A DNA stretch of 60,613 nt from Nitrospinota bacterium (GTDB lineage: Bacteria > UBA8248). The DNA lies in the NCBI GenBank assembly GCA_026706735.1, contig JAPOYD010000087.1:1-60613 (forward strand), written 5' to 3'. Position numbers and translations under genes: made by a program. This document shows positions 50,797 through 60,613 of the stretch, one piece after another. The notes beneath the pieces were generated by a model. The model was not told where the DNA came from. It made no database searches and saw only the letters and a list, made by a program, of their open reading frames with translations. How positions within the stretch are numbered: the first letter of the stretch is position 1; every line of letters starts with the position of its first letter.

Positions 50797-51645
50797 TTAT
50801 CTTGCCAGCGTCCATTCCCGGTTTTCATATCGAGACCGGGATATTTCCAGCACCCTCGCTTTTTCCGTACTCGTCAACCTATACGGAGAAAAGCGAAACC
50901 CCAACGCCTTCTCGACACCCGTCTTCAAGGCCTCGGCCACGTCATGAAACGAAAATTCCTCCCCTAAGACCTCCCGGAGACCGACCGCGTGGGCACTGCG
51001 GGTGAGGAAGCGCTCGGCCCCCCTCGGTTTGAGGAGACTCGCCAGCCGCTCCTCCGAGGAACGAAGCAGGACGCTGCCGTGCTGTAAAACCGCGCCGCCC
51101 TCGCGGCATTGCGCGCTGCCCACCATCTTTTTCCCGCCGATCGAAAGCTCCCACACCGACGCCGTGGCAAAGCAAGAGCCTTGCGAGGCATACGCACTCC
51201 CGCTCGGGGGAGCCAACTCGACCTCCGCCCCCAAGGCCGCCAGTCCTTCCGCCAACCCCCGGCTGATTCTGTGATAGGTTTCCCCAATCGCATCGCCCAA
51301 TAGTGCCTGCGAACCTGTGATGGAATACGTCAACTCACAATCGTGGAGCACCGCGCGTCCGCCGGTGAGCCTGCGGCAGATGTCGATTCCCTCATCCGCG
51401 AGTCGTTCCAGAAAAATATCGCGCTCGGCGGCCTGGCCGCGCCCCAGGGAAATGGCCGGGGGCGACCAGGCGTAAACTCGAAGCGTGATGGGCGCGTCCT
51501 CGGCAGAGCGACCTTCTCGCAGATGGGCCTGGCAACTCTCGAACAACAACTCATCCACCGCCATGTTCCAGGCGGCGGTAGACTCGCCCGTATTCAGGAA
51601 ACGTGCACAGGAGATTTTTTGCGGATCAGAATTAGCGCTTTCCAT
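50797..51645 (-). CDS. Lipoate-protein ligase A family protein (LipM-like octanoyltransferase)
   Basis: NMAVDE, LRVYAW..PAISLG..Q, RRLTGGRAVLH..ELTYS, CF, GKKMVGSAQ, LQHGS; lacks the LplA C-terminal domain; coupled to gcvP. Confidence 0.88.
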   Translation of the reverse strand: MESANSDPQKISCARFLNTGESTAAWNMAVDELLFESCQAHLREGRSAEDAPITLRVYAWSPPAISLGRGQAAERDIFLERLADEGIDICRRLTGGRAVLHDCELTYSITGSQALLGDAIGETYHRISRGLAEGLAALGAEVELAPPSGSAYASQGSCFATASVWELSIGGKKMVGSAQCREGGAVLQHGSVLLRSSEERLASLLKPRGAERFLTRSAHAVGLREVLGEEFSFHDVAEALKTGVEKALGFRFSPYRLTSTEKARVLEISRSRYENREWTLAR

Positions 51646-51647
51646 TC

Positions 51648-54536
51648 TCAGGCATAGTTCTCGACTGGCAAACAAGAGCAGACCAGATTCCTGTCTCCAT
51701 AAGGGTTGTTCACCCGCTTGACGGGAGGCCAGTACTTCGCCGCGCGCACCCAGGGAAGCGGGAAAACGGCCTTCTCGCGCGAATAGGGATGCGTCCATTC
51801 ATCTGACGCGATGTCGGACGCCGTGTGGGGTGCGTTCTTGAGCGCGTTGTCGTCCGCGCTCATCAGCCCGTCGGCGATCTCCTGGATGTCCCGTCTGATG
51901 TCGATCATGGCCTCGCAGAAGCGATCCAGTTCTTCTTGTGATTCGCTCTCCGTCGGCTCGATCATCAAGGTTCCCGCTACCGGGAAGGACATCGTGGGTG
52001 CATGGAAGCCATAGTCCATCAGGCGTTTCGCAATGTCCTCGTTCGTCACGCCCGAGGTTTCCTGCAGGGGCCTGATGTCGATGATGCACTCATGGGCCAC
52101 CATACCGTTCGCCCCCTTGTAAAGAACTTCATAGTGGGGCTCGAGCCTTCTCGCCACGTAATTCGCGTTCAGAATGGCCACCTGCGTCGCCTTGACGAGG
52201 CCCTCGCCGCCCATCATAGCGATATACATCCAGGAGATGGGCAGAATCCCCGCGCTTCCCCAGGGTGCAGCGGAAATCGCATCGACGCCCGTCTCCGGTC
52301 CTACGCCCGAAACCACCGAATGTTTTGGCAGATAGGGGGATAAATGCTTCACGACGCCGATGGGGCCCATGCCCGGACCCCCGCCGCCGTGGGGGATGCA
52401 AAACGTCTTGTGAAGGTTCATGTGGGAGACGTCGGGGCCGAACTCACCGGGCTTGCAAATGCCGACCAGGGCGTTCAGGTTCGCGCCGTCCATGTACACC
52501 TGACCGCCGTTTTGGTGGATGATGTCGCAAATCTCCACGATGCCCTCTTCAAACACGCCGTGGGTCGAGGGATATGTGATCATCAAGGCGGCCAGTTTTT
52601 CCGAAAATTTCCCGGCTTTCTCCCTCAGATCCGCAATATCCACGTTCCCGTCCGAATCGCAATCGACGACCACCACCTCAAAACCGGCCATGACGGCGGT
52701 GGCGGGATTCGTTCCGTGGGCCGAACTCGGAATCAGACAAATGTTCCGGTAGCCCTCGTTCTTGCTCTCATGGTATTTGCGGATGACCAGCAAGCCGGCG
52801 TACTCGCCCTGCGCGCCAGAGTTGGGCTGCATCGAGATGGAATCGAACCCCGTGCACTCGGCCAGCATGTTTTCCAGATCCGCGATGAAATCCCGGTAGC
52901 CTCGCACTTGCTCCTCGGGCGCGAACGGGTGAATCCCGCCGAATTCCGCCCATGTCACGGGAATCATCTCGGTGGTGGCGTTCAGCTTCATGGTGCATGA
53001 ACCCAGGGGGATCATCGAGCGCGTAAGCGCGATGTCTTTCTCCTGAAGGCGAAAGATGTAGCGCAGCATTTCATGTTCCGCGTGGTAGGAATTGAAAACC
53101 GGATGCGTCATGTAGGGCGAGGTTCTTCTCAAGGACTCCGAAATCCGCTCCGCCGCATTCGCCTCGACTTCATCGAACGATATTCCGGCTGAACCGTCTT
53201 GTGAGAAAACCTCCCAGAGCGCCTCGACGTCTTCTCTCCCGGTGGTCTCATCAAAAGCGACGCCGACGGTATCCTCATCGAGCACTCTCAGATTCATGCG
53301 GCGCTCCGCCGCTTTTTCCACAATGCGGGAAGCGCCTCCCGCGCCAACGCGCACCGCCACGGTGTCGAAGAAAGAATCCGCCGCCAGGGAGCAGCCCATG
53401 CGCTCCAGTCCATCGGCCAGCGCACCCGCGAGACGGTGCGTCCTCCGCGCGATCCTCCCGACGCCGTCCGGGCCGTGGTAGACGCCGTACATGCTCGCGA
53501 TGACGGCCAGAAGAACCTGGGCCGTACATATGTTGCTCGTGGCGCGCTCGCGGCGTATGTGCTGCTCTCTCGTCTGGAGGGAAAGCCTCAGGGCGGGCTT
53601 CTCATCCGCGTCGATGGATACGCCGACGATGCGGCCCGGCATGGCGCGCTTGTATTGCTCCCTGGTCGCCAGATAGGCCGCGTGCGGCCCGCCGAAACCG
53701 AGCGGAACACCGAAGCGCTGCGAATTCCCCACGACGACGTCCGCCCCGAACTCACCGGGGGGTTTCAAAAGCGCCAGGGCGAGAATGTCCGCCGCGACGA
53801 CGACGAGGGCGTCGGTCTCGTGCGCCTTGATCGTGAAATCGGCGTAGTCGAATATCTCCCCGTTCGTTGCGGGATACTGGAGCAGGACGCCGAAGACATC
53901 CGCATCCAGCGCGCCGTCACGATGATCGCCCACCACGACCTCGATGTCCTGAGGCTCCGCTCTCGTGCGCACCACTTCGATCGTCTGGGGATGGCAGTCT
54001 TTCGAGATGAAAAACTTGCGCCCCTTGTTCTTGCTCGCGTTCATTACCATGGTCATCGCCTCTGCTGCTGCCGTGCCCTCATCGAGCAACGAGGCATTGG
54101 CGATCTCCATGCCGGTGAGGTCCATGATCATGGTCTGGAAATTGAGCAGCGCTTCCATGCGCCCCTGCGAGATTTCCGGCTGATAGGGCGTGTACGCCGT
54201 GTACCAGCCCGGATTTTCCAGGATGTTGCGGAGAATGACCGTCGGGGTGTAGCAATCCGAATATCCCATGCCAAGCATGGACTTGAACACCTGGTTTCTC
54301 CCGGCAAAAGAACCCAAATCCGCGAGAGCCTGCTGTTCTGTTCTGGGCGCGGCGAGATTCAGATCTGTCCGGGAAATGATGGATTCAGGGATGGCTTTTT
54401 CGACCAGATCGTCCAGGGAGTCCAGGCCGATCACTCCCAGCATCGACGCAATGGCTTCATCGCTCGGCGCGATGTGGCGATGAATGAACTCTCCCCGGTT
54501 TTCGAGATTCTCAAGAGACAAGCGAGTTTCCGGCAT
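51648..54536 (-). CDS. gcvP: Glycine dehydrogenase (decarboxylating), single-chain P protein
   Basis: [63 protein letters not shown]; 962 aa. Confidence 0.98.
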   Translation of the reverse strand: MPETRLSLENLENRGEFIHRHIAPSDEAIASMLGVIGLDSLDDLVEKAIPESIISRTDLNLAAPRTEQQALADLGSFAGRNQVFKSMLGMGYSDCYTPTVILRNILENPGWYTAYTPYQPEISQGRMEALLNFQTMIMDLTGMEIANASLLDEGTAAAEAMTMVMNASKNKGRKFFISKDCHPQTIEVVRTRAEPQDIEVVVGDHRDGALDADVFGVLLQYPATNGEIFDYADFTIKAHETDALVVVAADILALALLKPPGEFGADVVVGNSQRFGVPLGFGGPHAAYLATREQYKRAMPGRIVGVSIDADEKPALRLSLQTREQHIRRERATSNICTAQVLLAVIASMYGVYHGPDGVGRIARRTHRLAGALADGLERMGCSLAADSFFDTVAVRVGAGGASRIVEKAAERRMNLRVLDEDTVGVAFDETTGREDVEALWEVFSQDGSAGISFDEVEANAAERISESLRRTSPYMTHPVFNSYHAEHEMLRYIFRLQEKDIALTRSMIPLGSCTMKLNATTEMIPVTWAEFGGIHPFAPEEQVRGYRDFIADLENMLAECTGFDSISMQPNSGAQGEYAGLLVIRKYHESKNEGYRNICLIPSSAHGTNPATAVMAGFEVVVVDCDSDGNVDIADLREKAGKFSEKLAALMITYPSTHGVFEEGIVEICDIIHQNGGQVYMDGANLNALVGICKPGEFGPDVSHMNLHKTFCIPHGGGGPGMGPIGVVKHLSPYLPKHSVVSGVGPETGVDAISAAPWGSAGILPISWMYIAMMGGEGLVKATQVAILNANYVARRLEPHYEVLYKGANGMVAHECIIDIRPLQETSGVTNEDIAKRLMDYGFHAPTMSFPVAGTLMIEPTESESQEELDRFCEAMIDIRRDIQEIADGLMSADDNALKNAPHTASDIASDEWTHPYSREKAVFPLPWVRAAKYWPPVKRVNNPYGDRNLVCSCLPVENYA

Positions 54537-54643
54537 GAATGCGCCCCTTCAGGTCATGGGGATCCAGGCGGACACTTCATTACCGCTCAGGCTCAAGGGA
54601 AATGATAAACCCCTTGCAGAGCGAAGGAGGGAGCCGGTTCGGA

Positions 54644-55033
54644 CTATCCGCCTTCCTCCTCGGTGTACGCCCGGTAAGAATCGGCTTCCAGGAGATCATT
54701 CAACTCCGACTCGTCTTTCATCTCCACCCGAATCATCCAGCCGTCTTCATACGGCTCCGAATTCACGAGTTCGGGTTGATCCTCGAGCGTGGTGTTCGCC
54801 TCGAGGACAACGCCAGTGACCGGCGCGAAGAGGTCCGATACCGCCTTGACGCTCTCCACAACGCCGAACGTGTTGTTCGCCTCCACTTCCGTGCCGACTT
54901 CGGGCAGTTCGACGTACACGACGTCTCCCAATTCCGACTGGGCGAAGTCCGTAATCCCAATCACCGCGATGTTTCCCTCTACTCTCACCCACTCGTGTTC
55001 TCTGGAATATTTGAGGCCGCTCGGTAGTTCCAT
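54644..55033 (-). CDS. gcvH: Glycine cleavage system H protein
   Basis: [30 protein letters not shown] (lipoyl Lys), VNSEPY.DGW. Confidence 0.98.
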   Translation of the reverse strand: MELPSGLKYSREHEWVRVEGNIAVIGITDFAQSELGDVVYVELPEVGTEVEANNTFGVVESVKAVSDLFAPVTGVVLEANTTLEDQPELVNSEPYEDGWMIRVEMKDESELNDLLEADSYRAYTEEEGG

Positions 55034-55097
55034 GCTCCTGAATGCCTCCCTTTTAGATGACGGCAGATTCTTTTGATTTGTTATGAGGAAACGAAAT

Positions 55098-56216
55098 TCA
55101 CTCCGTTTCCGTCTTTTTGTAAAAAGGCGTCTTCACTATCTGCGCCCGTCTGGCCTTGCCGCGAATATCGATTTCGAGAGCAGCGCCCTCCTCCGCGTTC
55201 GACGCAGGAACGTAGCCTATCCCGATGGCTTTGCCAAGAGAGGGGCTCATCGTCCCGCTCGTCACTTCTCCGGCCGCCTCGCCATCAATCAGGATGGGCG
55301 CTCCATGACGAGGAATACCACGATCCACCATTTCGAATCCAACCAGTTTTCTCTTTACTCCTTCGGCCCTTAAGGCCAGCAATTTCTCGCGTCCGATGAA
55401 ATCCCCCGCCTTGTACCTCACCACCCAGCCGAGACCCGCCTCGAGCGGGTGGGTGGACTCGTCGATGTCGTTTCCATACAGGGCGTATTTCATCTCGGTG
55501 CGCAAGGTATCCCGCGCGCCGAGGCCGCAGGGTTTGAGCCCCTCGCCTTCTCCCTCGCTCATCAGCGCTTCCCACAGCGCGGGCGCATCGGCCGATTTGC
55601 AATAGAGTTCGAAGCCGTCCTCTCCCGTATAGCCCGTGCGGGACACCAGAACCTCACACCCCGCCAAGTTCTTGTAACGCGCCCCGTAATAGGGGATGGC
55701 CGCGAGGTCCCCTCCGCCCGGAATCAGTTTCGCGAGAATGGGCTCCGCCTTGGGGCCTTGCAAGGCGAGGAGGCCCGTTTGCTCACTCACGTTTTCGAAT
55801 TCGCAGTCCTCGGCGTGGTGGGAAGCCATCCACTCCCAGTCTTTTTCGATGTTCGCCGCGTTCACGACGGCCATGTAGCGCTCCTCATCGAGCCGGTAGA
55901 CCGTGAGGTCGTCCACGATTCCGCCTTCTGTCCTGCACATGGCCGCATACAGGACGCCGCCTACCTCGAGCCGCAAGACGTTGTTCGTGACCATCTTGTG
56001 GATGAAAGCGCCCGCTTCTTTACCGCGCGCCTCGAACTCGCCCATGTGGCTCACGTCGAACAGGCCGGCGGCTTCCCGCACCGCATTGTGCTCTTCGATG
56101 ACGCCCGTGTACTGGACGGGCATCTCGTAGCCCGCGAATGGAACCATCTTCGCGCCTGAGGCCTTGTGGGTTTCATACAGGGAGGTTCTTCGCAGTTCCT
56201 GCTCGGAATTCGTCAT
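55098..56216 (-). CDS. gcvT: Glycine cleavage aminomethyltransferase
   Basis: [52 protein letters not shown]. Confidence 0.98.
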   Translation of the reverse strand: MTNSEQELRRTSLYETHKASGAKMVPFAGYEMPVQYTGVIEEHNAVREAAGLFDVSHMGEFEARGKEAGAFIHKMVTNNVLRLEVGGVLYAAMCRTEGGIVDDLTVYRLDEERYMAVVNAANIEKDWEWMASHHAEDCEFENVSEQTGLLALQGPKAEPILAKLIPGGGDLAAIPYYGARYKNLAGCEVLVSRTGYTGEDGFELYCKSADAPALWEALMSEGEGEGLKPCGLGARDTLRTEMKYALYGNDIDESTHPLEAGLGWVVRYKAGDFIGREKLLALRAEGVKRKLVGFEMVDRGIPRHGAPILIDGEAAGEVTSGTMSPSLGKAIGIGYVPASNAEEGAALEIDIRGKARRAQIVKTPFYKKTETE

Positions 56217-56379
56217 GGCAACCTCACTTAGCGGCTGAAATTACTGCCCTCCATGAGCCTTACCGCGTATCGGGATGAATTTCAAGAGGTTTCATTTATT
56301 CTCATTTTCAGAAATAACGCAAGCTGGACGCGAGACGGCATCAAGAAGTGAAATTTGAAGGACTTGGAAAACCGCTCCC

Positions 56380-57531
56380 TCACGCGAACGCGCGGATTCC
56401 GGTTTCAAAGCCTGCGATGATGAGTTTCTGGATCTGGCTGGTTCCCTCGTAGATGGTCGCCACGCGGGCGTCGCGCATGTAGCGCTCCACGGGATACTCG
56501 TTGCTATAGCCCATGCCGCCGTGAATCTGAATCGCGTCGTTCGCACAGCGAAGGGCCGCCTCGGTGCAATAGTATTTGGCGATGGAGGTCTCGCGCGTAT
56601 TCGGAAGGCCTGCGTTCTTGAGTTCTCCCGCCCGGTAGAGCAGGAGCCTGCTCGCGTCGATGTCGACCACCATGCGGGCGATCATGTCCTGTACGAGCTG
56701 GTGCGCGGCGATGGGCTTCCCGAACGTGTGGCGCTCCTTCGCGTAGGCGACCGACGCCTCCAGCGAGCCCTGCGCGATTCCCAGACAACCCGCGCCCACC
56801 GAATAGCGTCCGTTGTCGAGCGCGCTCATCGCGACCTTGAAGCCATCGCCCACCTCCCCCATCAAGGCGTCATCCGGCACTTCCACGTTCGCCAGGAAAA
56901 GCTCGGCGGTGTTCGAGCTTCTGAGCCCCAGTTTTCCGTGCATCGTCCTGGCCTCGAAGCCGGGCAGGTCGGTTTCCACCAGAAACGCGGCCATCCTGCG
57001 TGGGCTCTCGCGATCGGTCTGCGCGATCACGAGCGCCAGTTGCGCGACGCCGCCGTTGCTGATCCAAATCTTCTGCCCGTTCAGCTTCCAGCCGTCCGGT
57101 GTCTTCTCCGCAAAGGTCTTCAGGTGCTGGGCGTCCGAACCCACGTCCGGCTCGGTGAGGCCGAAGCATCCGATCCATTCCGCCGTGCAGAGCCTGGGGA
57201 GATACTTCTTCTTCTGCGCCTCGCTACCCCACTTCAGGATTGTGGTGGCGACGAGAGAAAGCTGCACCGACAAGACGGTGCGCACCGAGCTGCACGCCTT
57301 GCTAATCTCCTCGTTCATGATGGCGTAGGAGATATAGTCGAGACCCGCACCGCCGTATTCCTCAGGGATAGGCCCGCCGAACATGCCCAACGCGCCCATT
57401 TCGGCGACGATGTCCGCTGGGTACCTCTCTTTCTCGTCGTTCTCACGCGCCACGGGGACGATTCGCCTCTGGGCGAACTCCGCCGCCGTATCCTTGATCA
57501 AGCGCTGGGTTTCGTTGAGTTCAAAATCCAC
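56380..57531 (-). CDS. Acyl-CoA dehydrogenase
   Basis: PEEYGG, FGLTEPDVGSD, LNGQKIWISN, KLGLRSS, QIHGGMGY, IYEGTSQIQ; substrate not assignable. Confidence 0.95.
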   Translation of the reverse strand: MDFELNETQRLIKDTAAEFAQRRIVPVARENDEKERYPADIVAEMGALGMFGGPIPEEYGGAGLDYISYAIMNEEISKACSSVRTVLSVQLSLVATTILKWGSEAQKKKYLPRLCTAEWIGCFGLTEPDVGSDAQHLKTFAEKTPDGWKLNGQKIWISNGGVAQLALVIAQTDRESPRRMAAFLVETDLPGFEARTMHGKLGLRSSNTAELFLANVEVPDDALMGEVGDGFKVAMSALDNGRYSVGAGCLGIAQGSLEASVAYAKERHTFGKPIAAHQLVQDMIARMVVDIDASRLLLYRAGELKNAGLPNTRETSIAKYYCTEAALRCANDAIQIHGGMGYSNEYPVERYMRDARVATIYEGTSQIQKLIIAGFETGIRAFA

Positions 57532-57552
57532 GGTCGTCTCAAGAAGTGAGGC

Positions 57553-58407
57553 TTACTCGTAGGTGAAGAAGCCGCGGCCGGACTTTCGGCCCAGATGGCC
57601 CGCCTTGACCATCTTGCGCAGCAGGAAGTTAGGCCGGTAGCGCGTATCGCCCAGTTCGCGGTAGAGCGTCTCCGTCTTGGCGAGGTGGATGTCCACGCCG
57701 ATCAGGTCGATGAGTTCCAAAGGTCCCATGGGCAGCCCTGCGCCCATCTTCATCGCCTTGTCGATGTCCTCGGCGGACGCCAGACCGCCCGCATAGACTT
57801 CCACCGCCTCGTTCAGCATCCCCGCCAGCACGCGGCTGCCGATGCCCGCGGGGCTGTCGAAATTCGCCATCACGGGCACCTTGCCGAGCCGCTCGGCGAG
57901 GGCGCGGGCGGCTTCGACCGTCTCTTTCGAAGTGCCGAGACCCGGCATGATCTCAACGAGCTTCATGACCAGAGGCGGATTGAAGAAGTGCACGCCCACC
58001 ACCTTCTCGGGCCTCGATGTGGCCGCCGCCATCTCGGTGATGGAAAGCGAGGTGGTGTTCGATGCGAAAATCGCGCGCTCTGGCGCCACTTCATCGAGTG
58101 CGCCGAGCACTTCTTTCTTGATATCCATGTCTTCGAAAACGGCCTCGACGACGACCTCCGCATCCGCCGCCTTCGCATAACCAGTACCCGGCGTGATGCG
58201 CGAGAAGATAGCGTCTTTCGCCTCAGCAGACATCTTGCCCTGCTCGACGCGCTTGGCCGCGCGCGATTCCAGACCTCCGATCGCCTTCACCACCATCTCT
58301 TCACTCAGGTCGGTCAGGACGACCGGAATCTCGTTTTGGGCGAAAAGCTGGGCGATGCCTGCGCCCATCGTACCCGCGCCCACCACCAGTGCCTTTTCTA
58401 TTTCCAT
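57553..58407 (-). CDS. hbd: 3-hydroxyacyl(butyryl)-CoA dehydrogenase
   Basis: VGAGTMGAGIA, EAVFED, ASNTTSL, HFFNPP..KLVE, PMGPL...D..G.D, LGRKSGRGF. Confidence 0.9.
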   Translation of the reverse strand: MEIEKALVVGAGTMGAGIAQLFAQNEIPVVLTDLSEEMVVKAIGGLESRAAKRVEQGKMSAEAKDAIFSRITPGTGYAKAADAEVVVEAVFEDMDIKKEVLGALDEVAPERAIFASNTTSLSITEMAAATSRPEKVVGVHFFNPPLVMKLVEIMPGLGTSKETVEAARALAERLGKVPVMANFDSPAGIGSRVLAGMLNEAVEVYAGGLASAEDIDKAMKMGAGLPMGPLELIDLIGVDIHLAKTETLYRELGDTRYRPNFLLRKMVKAGHLGRKSGRGFFTYE

Positions 58408-58446
58408 CTCACCCTCTGGTTTTGCTCAACTTTACAACTATCGCGC

Positions 58447-59631
58447 CTAAGCGACGCGCTCCAGGACGACGGCCACTCCCTGGCCCCCGCCGATGCAGGC
58501 GCTCACGACGCCGAACTGCCCGCCCCTTTGCTCGAGCGCGCTCAGGCAGGTGGCGATGATCTTGCCGCCCGTAGCGCCCACCGGATGACCGAGCGCGATG
58601 GCACCGCCGTGCACGTTCAGCTTCTTTCTGTCCCATTCGAGTTCGCGCTCACAGGCGATGACCTGGGCGGCGAACGCCTCGTTCACCTCGATCAGGTCCA
58701 TGTCCTCAAGTGCGAGGCCCGCACGTTCGAGCGCCTTAGGTATTGCGGTGACGGGCCCCAGCCCCATATAGCGGGGCTCCACGCCCGTCGAGGCGTAGCC
58801 GCGCAGGACGGCGACGGGTTTTGCGCCCAACTCGTCCGCCTTCTCCCCGGACGCCAGGACGAGGGCGGAGGCCGCATCCGCCTGGCAGCAGGAATTTCCG
58901 GGGGTGACGGAACCGTTCTTGTCAAAAACGGGCCTGAGGCGGCCCAGTTTTTCCATGGACATGCCGCTGCGCGGCGTCTCGTCCTTATCGAATAGGGTTA
59001 CTTCTCCCTTACGCCCCTTGAGTTCGACCGGCACGATCTCCTCGGCGAACCTGCCTCCCTCGACGGCCGCCACGGCCTTCTCCTGGCTTTCGAGCGCGTA
59101 CTCGTCCTGCTCCTCGCGGCTCAGGTTATATTTTTCCACCAGGTTCTCCGCCGTCACGCCCATGAGCTGCCCCGAGAGCGGATCCTCATAGCCGTCCTTG
59201 TAGATCAGATCCAGAAACTGGGCGTGTCCGAAGCGGTTCCCCCATCTGGCGCCCGGGTTCACGAACGGCACGTTGGAGGTGCTCTCCACGCCACCGGCCA
59301 AGACGACCTCCGCGTCGCCCGCGCGAATCGCCTGCGCGGCCAGGGCGGCGGCCTTGATGCTCGAGCCGCAGCGCTTGTTGATCGTGTAGGCGGGCGTCTC
59401 CTTGGGAAGGCCCGCGCCCACGGAGATCAGCCGCGCGGAATTGGGGCCCACGCCCGCCTGCCATCCGTGGCCGATGATGGTCTCGTCGAAATGTTCGGGC
59501 TCCACGCCCGATCTCTGAACCGCCTCGCGCGCGATGTGAACGCCCAGTTCCGGGGCGGTCTTGCCTTTGAGTGCGCCACCGAAGGCCCCGCCCGGAGAAC
59601 GAACACTGCTGAGAATGACGACGTCTTTCAT
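58447..59631 (-). CDS. Acetyl-CoA C-acyltransferase (thiolase)
   Basis: TINKRCGSS (nucleophile Cys), EVNEAFA, GHPVGATG, ACIGGGQG. Confidence 0.95.
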   Translation of the reverse strand: MKDVVILSSVRSPGGAFGGALKGKTAPELGVHIAREAVQRSGVEPEHFDETIIGHGWQAGVGPNSARLISVGAGLPKETPAYTINKRCGSSIKAAALAAQAIRAGDAEVVLAGGVESTSNVPFVNPGARWGNRFGHAQFLDLIYKDGYEDPLSGQLMGVTAENLVEKYNLSREEQDEYALESQEKAVAAVEGGRFAEEIVPVELKGRKGEVTLFDKDETPRSGMSMEKLGRLRPVFDKNGSVTPGNSCCQADAASALVLASGEKADELGAKPVAVLRGYASTGVEPRYMGLGPVTAIPKALERAGLALEDMDLIEVNEAFAAQVIACERELEWDRKKLNVHGGAIALGHPVGATGGKIIATCLSALEQRGGQFGVVSACIGGGQGVAVVLERVA

Positions 59632-59812
59632 ATAAGCCCTCAATTAACAATAGGATGAGATATCTTTTCTCCAAACTACCGGAGCGGATAACTCAAATGC
59701 TTGAAATGGTATCCCTATGTGTCAGGAGTTCTTATGGCATATCTCGAACACGGTAGGCAAGGAAAGGGACGAAACCTCAGGACGTCTCGGGCGGCTCAGG
59801 CGTGAAACTCAC

Positions 59813-60613
59813 TCAGCAAGAGAGCTGTTCCCGTAAGTCTTCCAGCAGTTTCAGGAAATCCGCCGGAGGCTCGGCCATCAACTCCCGCTCATCCCCTTCG
59901 ATGGGGTGGCGGAAAACCAGCCTGTGCGCATGGAGCGCCTGTCTCTCGATGAGGCTCTTTTGATTCGATTTGTTCTTCTTGCGCGGCCCTCTCGGCAGCC
60001 GCCCCAAGCCGTAGACCGGGTCGCCCAGGACGGGATGCCCGATGTGGTTCATGTGCACCCTGATCTGATGCGTTCTTCCCGTCTCCAACGTAATTCCCAG
60101 GAGCGATGCGTCTCCCAGCACCTCCCGGACCGCATAGTGGGTCACCGCGCGGCGGCCGCCCCCGACGACCGCCATGGCCGTCCTGTGGGTGGGATGGCGG
60201 CCGATGGGTGCGTCTATCGCGCCCTCCCCCTGGGCGGGGATGCCCCGGACGATGGCCAGATAGTGCCGGTGTATCCGGCGCGCCTTGAGATCGGCGGAGA
60301 GTCTTCCGTGCGCGGCATCCGTTTTCGCCGCTATCAGCAGGCCGGACGTATCCTTGTCGAGCCGGTGAACGATGCCGGGCCTCTCCACCCCGCCGATGCC
60401 CGAGAGTTGCCCTCTGCAGTGATGCAGAAGAGCGGCGGCCAGGGTCCCCTTGCGCTGGCCAGCACCGGGGTGGACCACCATGCCGGGCGGCTTGTTGATC
60501 ACGAGAAGATGAGCGTCCTCAAAACGAACGTCGAGCGCAATCTCTTCGGCCTCGATGTGAGAGGGCGCAGGAGGCGGCAGCGTCACCACGACGCGCGCAC
60601 CGCATGGGAGTGC
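59813..60613 (-). CDS. rluD: RluA/RluD family pseudouridine synthase (5' end outside window)
   Basis: INKPPGMVVHP, RPGIVHRLDKDTSG (catalytic Asp), LETGRTHQIRVH, RQALHA; frame stays open to the window edge. Confidence 0.92.
   Translation of the reverse strand, partial: ALPCGARVVVTLPPPAPSHIEAEEIALDVRFEDAHLLVINKPPGMVVHPGAGQRKGTLAAALLHHCRGQLSGIGGVERPGIVHRLDKDTSGLLIAAKTDAAHGRLSADLKARRIHRHYLAIVRGIPAQGEGAIDAPIGRHPTHRTAMAVVGGGRRAVTHYAVREVLGDASLLGITLETGRTHQIRVHMNHIGHPVLGDPVYGLGRLPRGPRKKNKSNQKSLIERQALHAHRLVFRHPIEGDERELMAEPPADFLKLLEDLREQLSC

Noticed and set aside
56217-56379. Glycine riboswitch upstream of gcvT
   Set aside because: No GGAGA / CCGAAG / CUCUCAGG aptamer motifs on the minus strand.

Overview
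A GC-rich core-genome segment from a Gram-negative bacterium. The gene order (rho-rpmE-prfA-prmC-murA-hisGD, tandem DUF507, zinc-ribbon/RNase H/rnpB) is reminiscent of deltaproteobacteria-, Nitrospirota- or Nitrospinota-like lineages; this is inference only. Every gene I can support lies on the minus strand. In transcription order: rluD (partial); thiolase, hbd, acyl-CoA dehydrogenase; gcvT-gcvH-gcvP and a lipoyl ligase; tRNA-Gly(CCC), PHP hydrolase, degenerate WYL regulator, two DUF507 genes, coaE; rho; rpmE with a very long tail; prfA-prmC-murA; hisG-D-B-H-A-F-IE; mutS2; dnaG-rpoD-tRNA(CAT); zinc-ribbon protein, RNase HI, RNase P RNA; ilvA-purH-folC-folP; tauE-panE-panB; a divergent cobS-like gene; and the dcw cluster from mraZ to ftsZ (partial). 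I found no transposase, prophage or CRISPR array. Four features stand out. (1) Four MITE-like elements lie in or just after the his operon; they share GGGGTTGTTGAAAAA-type ends, carry interchangeable REP-like palindromic cargo, and three of them abut or complete a stop codon. (2) There is a candidate ~100-nt promoter-to-terminator RNA upstream of mutS2. (3) The WYL regulator appears to have lost its ligand-binding arginines. (4) L31 is 228 aa long. Start codons were chosen by eye and all family calls come from motif recognition, not database searches.
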